Shown one piece after another: positions 27,469-32,000 of a stretch of 32,000 nt of DNA (the first letter of the stretch is position 1; the number at the start of each line of letters is the position of its first letter). The stretch comes from Flavobacteriaceae bacterium. GTDB lineage: Bacteria > Bacteroidota > Bacteroidia > Flavobacteriales > Flavobacteriaceae. The translations under genes and the position numbers were made by a program. The notes beneath the pieces were generated by a model. That model made no database searches and was not told the origin of the DNA. It saw only the letters and a list, made by a program, of their open reading frames with translations. The stretch is taken from the NCBI GenBank assembly GCA_965224465.1, contig OZ245049.1, positions 2,580,001 through 2,612,000 of the forward strand. Reading direction: 5' to 3'.

Positions 27469-27822
27469 TTATTTAGCCTCTAAATAACGTTCGTTTTTCT
27501 GAGTATTTATAATACTAATTCCGTCTAAAACCATAACCATTTGGGTATAACTCAAAACTACTAATCCATCTTCAATGTCGTATTTTGGAAGCTCAAAAAT
27601 ACCTCGTTCCAATCGTTTATAATACAGTACAAATCCTCCAGGTCGCCAATGAAGAAGTTTTAGTTTATTTTTTTGCTTATTGATAAATGCATAAACACTA
27701 TTTCTATCTCGCTCTTGTTCCATGTGCTCACTAACTAATCCACTTAATCCATTAAATCCTTTTCGCATATCAACTGCAGATAAGTGATAATAATACGTGT
27801 GTTCTGTACCTAATCCTAACAT
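27469..27822 (-). CDS. tnpB: IS66 Orf2-like accessory protein TnpB
   Basis: 117 aa. DMRKGFNGLSGLV ... LKLLHWRPGGFVLYYKRLERGIFELP is typical of PF05717. Confidence 0.88.
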   Translation of the reverse strand: MLGLGTEHTYYYHLSAVDMRKGFNGLSGLVSEHMEQERDRNSVYAFINKQKNKLKLLHWRPGGFVLYYKRLERGIFELPKYDIEDGLVVLSYTQMVMVLDGISIINTQKNERYLEAK

Positions 27823-27909
27823 TTATATTTTCGTTTTTGTTTAGATGCAAAAATTAGATTATTTTTAACTTCTTACAAGATGTAGTTCTCCGTACGCTTA
27901 CATAGGTCC

Positions 27910-28436
27910 CACGCTGTGGCATTTAAATCCAAGTCGGATTACACCCTGAAAACAACCCACAAGAAACGACACACAAAGCTCCAGAGGAGCGACATGTTAG
28001 TAGTAATAAAGCCCCCAATCCGACAGCTCCAGAGGAGCGACATGTTAATAATGCTAATTAATAGGTCGCCACGCTGTGGCTTTTAAATCCCAGTCAGATC
28101 ACCCACAAAAAACGACACAAAAAACCCAAACCCACAATCACACAAAGCTCCAGAGGAGCGACATGTTAATTGTAATAAAACCCTCCCAATCCGACAGCTC
28201 CAGAGGAGCGACATGTTAATAATGCTAATTAATAGGTCGCCACGCTGTGACTTTTAAATCCCAATCAGATCACCCACAAGAAACGACACAAAAAAACCCA
28301 AACCACAATCACACAAAGCTCCAGAGGAGCGACATGTTAATAGTAATAAAGCCCCCCAATACGACAGCTCCAGAGGAGCGACATGTTAATAGCAAAAGCG
28401 CCCCATATCCAATAGTTCCAATGGAGCAACATATCA
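27910..28436 (+). repeat. Nested tandem repeat array, units 2-4 plus a degenerate terminal motif
   Basis: Units are 27910-28068, 28069-28239 and 28240-about 28400. Motif copies lie at 27977, 28025, 28146, 28196, 28317 and 28366, with a degenerate copy at 28414-28436. The intra-pair spacing is 48-50 nt and the unit period is 169-171 nt. Confidence 0.92.
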
Positions 28437-28448
28437 ACAAGGATTCCC

Positions 28449-28456
28449 TATCTTTG
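28449..28456 (+). promoter_or_regulatory. Candidate Bacteroidota -7 box (TATCTTTG) for the methyltransferase gene
   Basis: It matches TAnnTTTG, lies 23 nt upstream of ATG 28479, and sits immediately after the last degenerate repeat motif. Confidence 0.35.
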
Positions 28457-28478
28457 CAAAAAAGCAAACAAAACAATA

Positions 28479-29543
28479 ATGTCTGATATAACACTAAATA
28501 AACCAACGCCAATCCTCACTACACCTCAAACAATCCCGTTTAAACGTGGATCGGATAGCAGGGCTTCCATACAAGAATTAGAAGAAGGAAATGCCGTTTT
28601 AATCACAGCATTTTACGGAAACGGTTTGGATCTAATGCTAGAGTTAAAGAAGCATCTAACACGCAAATTTCCAAAAAAAACATTTTTAGAACAACGCAAA
28701 TACAGAGAAGCCTATCACAGACTCTCTAGTCTTATTTTAATAGAAATTAAAGAACATAAATTAGCGGTAAAAAAAGCACCAGCCATCGGTTGGTTGGAAA
28801 AGCTATATCCAGAAACTCCTGATTTCACCTTAACATTTTCACAAGTTCAAGGGCTGAACAGTTCTTGGCAATGGTACACAAAAGGAATCACAGTTCCCGT
28901 ACTTAGAAATAAATTACATCCGTATTACGGAACCTACTTCCCTACCCGTTTCGATCACTTGATCCTTTTTGATAATTGGTTAAAACGCTACGAAGGCCCT
29001 AAAAAAACAGCCATAGATGTAGGGACTGGAAGTGGAGTACTCGCTTTTCAATTGGTAAAGCACGGTTTTCAAAAGGTCTTTGGAACGGACAGCAATCCAA
29101 ATAGTATTGTAGGATTAACCGATTTTATGGGAGCTACAAAACTGTCAAGAAAAGTAGAATTAGACCATGGGAATCTTTTTGGAAAGTGGACAAAACAGAC
29201 CGAACTGATCATCTTTAACCCACCGTGGATTCCAAAACTAAACAATATCGAAAGTGTAGACGAAGCTATTTATTACGACGAGAAGCTTTTTCCTGACTTT
29301 TTCGAAAAAGCAGTAGACATGCTTTTACCTGACGGGAAATTAGTACTTATCTTTTCTAATTTAGCTCAAATAACAAAGGTCACCAAAGCCCATCCTATAA
29401 AAATGGAGCTCACCAATGGTGGACGATTTAAATTGGAAAAATGTCATACAAAATCGGTAAAAGTGAGTTCTGAAAAAACAAAACGCGACCCTCATTGGCG
29501 TGGTTCTGAAGAAGTAGAACTTTGGATTCTTGTAAAAAAATAA
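28479..29543 (+). CDS. class I SAM-dependent methyltransferase with an N-terminal uncharacterised domain (N6-adenine / N5-glutamine-type NPPW motif)
   Basis: 354 aa. Motif I is IDVGTGSGVLAF and motif IV is IIFNPPWIP. The first 170 aa or so have no family I can name. Confidence 0.75.
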   Translation: MSDITLNKPTPILTTPQTIPFKRGSDSRASIQELEEGNAVLITAFYGNGLDLMLELKKHLTRKFPKKTFLEQRKYREAYHRLSSLILIEIKEHKLAVKKAPAIGWLEKLYPETPDFTLTFSQVQGLNSSWQWYTKGITVPVLRNKLHPYYGTYFPTRFDHLILFDNWLKRYEGPKKTAIDVGTGSGVLAFQLVKHGFQKVFGTDSNPNSIVGLTDFMGATKLSRKVELDHGNLFGKWTKQTELIIFNPPWIPKLNNIESVDEAIYYDEKLFPDFFEKAVDMLLPDGKLVLIFSNLAQITKVTKAHPIKMELTNGGRFKLEKCHTKSVKVSSEKTKRDPHWRGSEEVELWILVKK

Positions 29544-29565
29544 AAAACAATAGTTAATTGCTAGA

Positions 29566-29605
29566 TAGCTAGAAACATCTAAAATTGTTTCTAGCTATTT
29601 TTTTT
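29566..29605 (+). terminator. Rho-independent terminator after the methyltransferase gene
   Basis: TAGCTAGAAAC (29566-29576), a 10-nt loop, GTTTCTAGCTA (29587-29597), then T8. Confidence 0.8.
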
Positions 29606-29679
29606 AGGGAATGTAATAAGAACATCGTGTGAATTTATAAAAATCACATATTTGGTGTAAATTAACCCCAAAAGAAGGT

Positions 29680-29814
29680 ACGACTAAACAAAGTATCTCC
29701 TTTACCAAACCCAATAATGAATGTCTAAAAGCGCAAGTAGACAGTAAAGAGTACACAAGTAAAAGCGAGCTTGTAAATGACTTTATTAGACAGGCCAGAA
29801 ATCAACAACGATAG
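29680..29814 (+). pseudogene. ParD/ribbon-helix-helix antitoxin-like relic lacking a canonical start codon
   Basis: The translation (T)TKQSISFTKPNNECLKAQVDSKEYTSKSELVNDFIRQARNQQR* follows the ParD pattern SISLT..5..F[IV]..QV.SG.Y.SASEV[IV]R.ALR. ACG stands where ATG would be expected. The frame is closed upstream by TAA 29638-29640, and the product is shorter than typical ParD. Confidence 0.4.
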
Positions 29815-29861
29815 AATGTAAAATAAACTATTTATATCGGTCATTTTGAATTTTAGATTGG
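29803..29861 (+). repeat. Dispersed repeat family R1, copy C (partial, right half only)
   Basis: Positions 29819-29848 are identical to 15465-15494. The flanks AACAACGATAGAATG and AACAACGCTAGAACA also align. Confidence 0.75.
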
Positions 29862-30193
29862 TATTACAAAACACCAAAGCAAATCCCAAAAACTTACCTC
29901 CTCTAAGCTCATTATATTATTACTTTTATTAAAAGGGCATATAGTGCCATACATTCCTCTAAAAATACAATAAATTTCAAGCCCTTAGTTTCACTAATTA
30001 ACAGCGCATTACAACACTACAGCGCTTCCATTTTTTCGCTTTTTCTTATGTAAAAAAAAGGAACTCCCCTATTCCGGTCCTCCTCAAAATTAAGTTAAAA
30101 AGGTTTTTCATTTAAAATGGCATAAAGATGTCATATCAAAAACAGCTCTATCCCTTTAAAATAGTGTTATTTTTCGTGTCTAAAACAGCAGTA

Positions 30194-31099
30194 ATGACAA
30201 ACGAAAAACTGGCACAAGGAGCAAAAGAATTGAGAAAAGAGAAAAACTTTTCACAAGAGGAGCTCGCCAAACTTTCGGGACTTTCGTTAAGAACCATTCA
30301 ACGGATTGAAAAAGGAGAAACTACACCAACAGGAGAAACGCTTAAAAGATTGTCTAATGTGTTAGAGGTTTCACCCCATGAATTATTGGAGTGGAATACA
30401 AGCAATGATATTCTTATAAAAACCATTCAAACAAAATATGATTTTTTACATATTTTTAAAGACAAGCTTGTTCTAAGTAGCACGGCAGAAATAGATGATT
30501 TGGTAGCAGATTATGGGAAATCCGTAAATAACGTATTTAAAACACTGATGGTGTTTTTTATTTCTATCCCGATATCCAGTGTAATGGCAGTCATTTTTTA
30601 CACAATAGATAGATATGGTTTAGCATTTAATTCTGGAGCTTTTTCCTTTTGCTTTTTGGTAATTGCATTCAAAACTTTACTATTTACTTCTGGGGCAACC
30701 CTCATAAAAAAAGACCACATTACTAAAATAAAACTTATAAGAAGTTTATCTAAAAATGTTCTTGTAATTTCTCACAAAGAATCTGGACGCATCAAAGAAC
30801 GAGGTATCGTACTAGAAAAAAACCAAGTAGCTACTGTTAAAAATGTTTTACTGTCCGAAGGTCTTATAGAAGAAAAAAATATACACCTCAATAATAAAAC
30901 CATCATCCTACGAATGGCATTATCAACTCTTATGATCCTTGGTGCTTTTTATTTAGTCTATACAATGGGAATTAAAGAAATGATGTTTTATTATGGCGCC
31001 ATCTTTCTATCTTTAAGCATTATAGAATTAGTAAAAATCACAGTGAAATTGACTCAGCCAATACGCTCTAAAAAAACCAGTATTAAATATGGAGTTTAA
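30194..31099 (+). CDS. XRE-family helix-turn-helix protein fused to a multi-pass membrane region
   Basis: FSQEELAKLSGLSLRTIQRIEKGETTPT is a Cro/C1 HTH. At least four hydrophobic segments follow. I prefer the start at ATG 30194 (MTNEKLAQGAKELRK) over 30128. Confidence 0.7.
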   Translation: MTNEKLAQGAKELRKEKNFSQEELAKLSGLSLRTIQRIEKGETTPTGETLKRLSNVLEVSPHELLEWNTSNDILIKTIQTKYDFLHIFKDKLVLSSTAEIDDLVADYGKSVNNVFKTLMVFFISIPISSVMAVIFYTIDRYGLAFNSGAFSFCFLVIAFKTLLFTSGATLIKKDHITKIKLIRSLSKNVLVISHKESGRIKERGIVLEKNQVATVKNVLLSEGLIEEKNIHLNNKTIILRMALSTLMILGAFYLVYTMGIKEMMFYYGAIFLSLSIIELVKITVKLTQPIRSKKTSIKYGV

Positions 31100-31340
31100 A
31101 ACAACATCACTCCCTCATCTCTGGTAAATAACATAAAGAAGGCATCAGGTAAAACATCCAATCTGATCAAAGTTATTTTTAAACTGATACATCCACTATT
31201 TAAGCCACAGAGGAGGATCCTATACCACCAAAACTTACCGTTCCTTTGTCGTTCAATAAAAAACGGCTAGAGAATCACGATATTATGACTTTCAAAACAT
31301 AAATAGTACACAAATAGATGACAGCTTAACATCCTTATTT

Positions 31341-31985
31341 CTAATTTTCTAAAACTAAACTTCGTATAATTTCAGCATTCACTTCATGACCTCCATCAAA
31401 GGAAATAATTTTTACATTATTTTTAAATAAAGCATTGGCTTTCTCGGTTTCTTCGGCAATACGTTCAGCATTCAAATACGTATCTTTTGTCCCGTAAATC
31501 AGTATTGTTTTCGCAGCTAAAAAGGCAAAATCTTCCTCCCTTAATTCTTTAGGAATACCTCCAGAATGGAGTATTAATTGGGTACAATGTAATTGACGTT
31601 TGGCAACATACCTCGTAGCAACACTCACTCCTTGTGAGTAGCCCAACACAATTAAATTCAAGTCACAATCCAAGTTTTCCTTTTCAAAAATGGCATCAAA
31701 ATAATGCATAATATTCTCCGTCTCTTGGAGCGTATTCTCTTTTGTCAACCAACTCGCTCCAACATGCTTAAAGTTTGCCCCTTGGTAATACAGACTAGGA
31801 GCTTGCGCAGCCACAATATAATTTTCCTCTGGGTTTAAGCCTTTAAAATACCGTAAGAAATAACGACTCAGATGTCCCATTCCATGACATACAAACCATA
31901 TATTTTTTGTTTTTACGGTACGCTTATTTAGCGTAGCATACGGTTTGGTAGTACTGTAGACTATTTGTTTTTCTGTAGTATCCAT
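31341..31985 (-). CDS. alpha/beta hydrolase (phospholipase/carboxylesterase-type serine esterase)
   Basis: 214 aa. GYSQG nucleophile elbow, and a late D...H (FDGGHEV) consistent with a Ser-Asp-His triad. Confidence 0.65.
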   Translation of the reverse strand: MDTTEKQIVYSTTKPYATLNKRTVKTKNIWFVCHGMGHLSRYFLRYFKGLNPEENYIVAAQAPSLYYQGANFKHVGASWLTKENTLQETENIMHYFDAIFEKENLDCDLNLIVLGYSQGVSVATRYVAKRQLHCTQLILHSGGIPKELREEDFAFLAAKTILIYGTKDTYLNAERIAEETEKANALFKNNVKIISFDGGHEVNAEIIRSLVLEN

Positions 31986-32000
31986 GCGAAATGTTGATTT

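Larger units (their letters stand above)
25895..27901 (-). mobile_element. IS66-family insertion sequence (2007 bp, tnpB + transposase, no tnpA) with an 8-bp TSD
   Basis: The ends are GTAAGCGTACGGTAAAGTAC (25895-) and the reverse complement GTAAGCGTACGGAGAACTAC (-27901). The direct repeat ATAGGTCC lies at 25887-25894 and 27902-27909. Confidence 0.9.

Noticed and set aside
27910-28436. CRISPR array (23-nt repeats about 48-50 nt apart)
   Set aside because: The would-be spacers are themselves conserved between units. The repeats come in pairs inside a larger 170-bp period. There are no cas genes or leader.
28247-28512. ORFs 28247-28486 (+) and 28309-28512 (-) as protein-coding genes
   Set aside because: Both simply read through the tandem repeats, giving peptides such as APEERHVN and NMSLLWSF from the hairpin motif. 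They lack independent support and overlap the methyltransferase promoter and start.
28479-29543. Restriction-modification system
   Set aside because: The methyltransferase has no adjacent endonuclease, specificity subunit or helicase. Its neighbours are repeats, a terminator and an antitoxin relic.
29812-29900. ParE/RelE-type toxin gene following the ParD-like relic
   Set aside because: The overlapping ATG (29816) is followed immediately by TAA. The downstream frames do not resemble ParE or RelE N-termini.

Overview
Low-GC, Bacteroidota (Flavobacteriia-like) chromosomal segment, judged from the SusD tail, a GLPGLI protein, TAnnTTTG -7 boxes and a single-cytochrome-b sdhCAB. Positions 1-15214 hold the end of a SusC/D polysaccharide utilisation locus fused to what reads as a complete oxidative (non-phosphorylative) L-fucose pathway: fuconate dehydratase, two SDRs, an FAH-family hydrolase, an amidohydrolase-type lactonase, FucP, a RhaM-type mutarotase and an LldD-like dehydrogenase. 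It also carries GH29 and GH95 fucosidases, GH88 and a DUF2264 protein. Positions 15989-19869 are sdhC-sdhA-[four-helix-bundle gene]-sdhB. Positions 19.9-32 kb are an accessory patch. It contains a GC-rich hairpin island, a small secreted protein, a GLPGLI protein, an IS256 copy with an 8-bp TSD that separates an outer-membrane beta-barrel gene from its start, and an IS66 copy with an 8-bp TSD. It also holds an orphan NPPW methyltransferase, a ParD-like relic, a membrane-anchored XRE regulator and an alpha/beta hydrolase. The most unusual item is a nested tandem repeat array, about 690 bp once the IS66 is removed. It is built from tri-loop hairpins each followed by ACATGT, and it runs straight into the methyltransferase promoter. 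A second dispersed repeat family (three copies) brackets 7 kb of the fucose locus in inverted orientation. No rRNA, tRNA, CRISPR or cas genes were seen.
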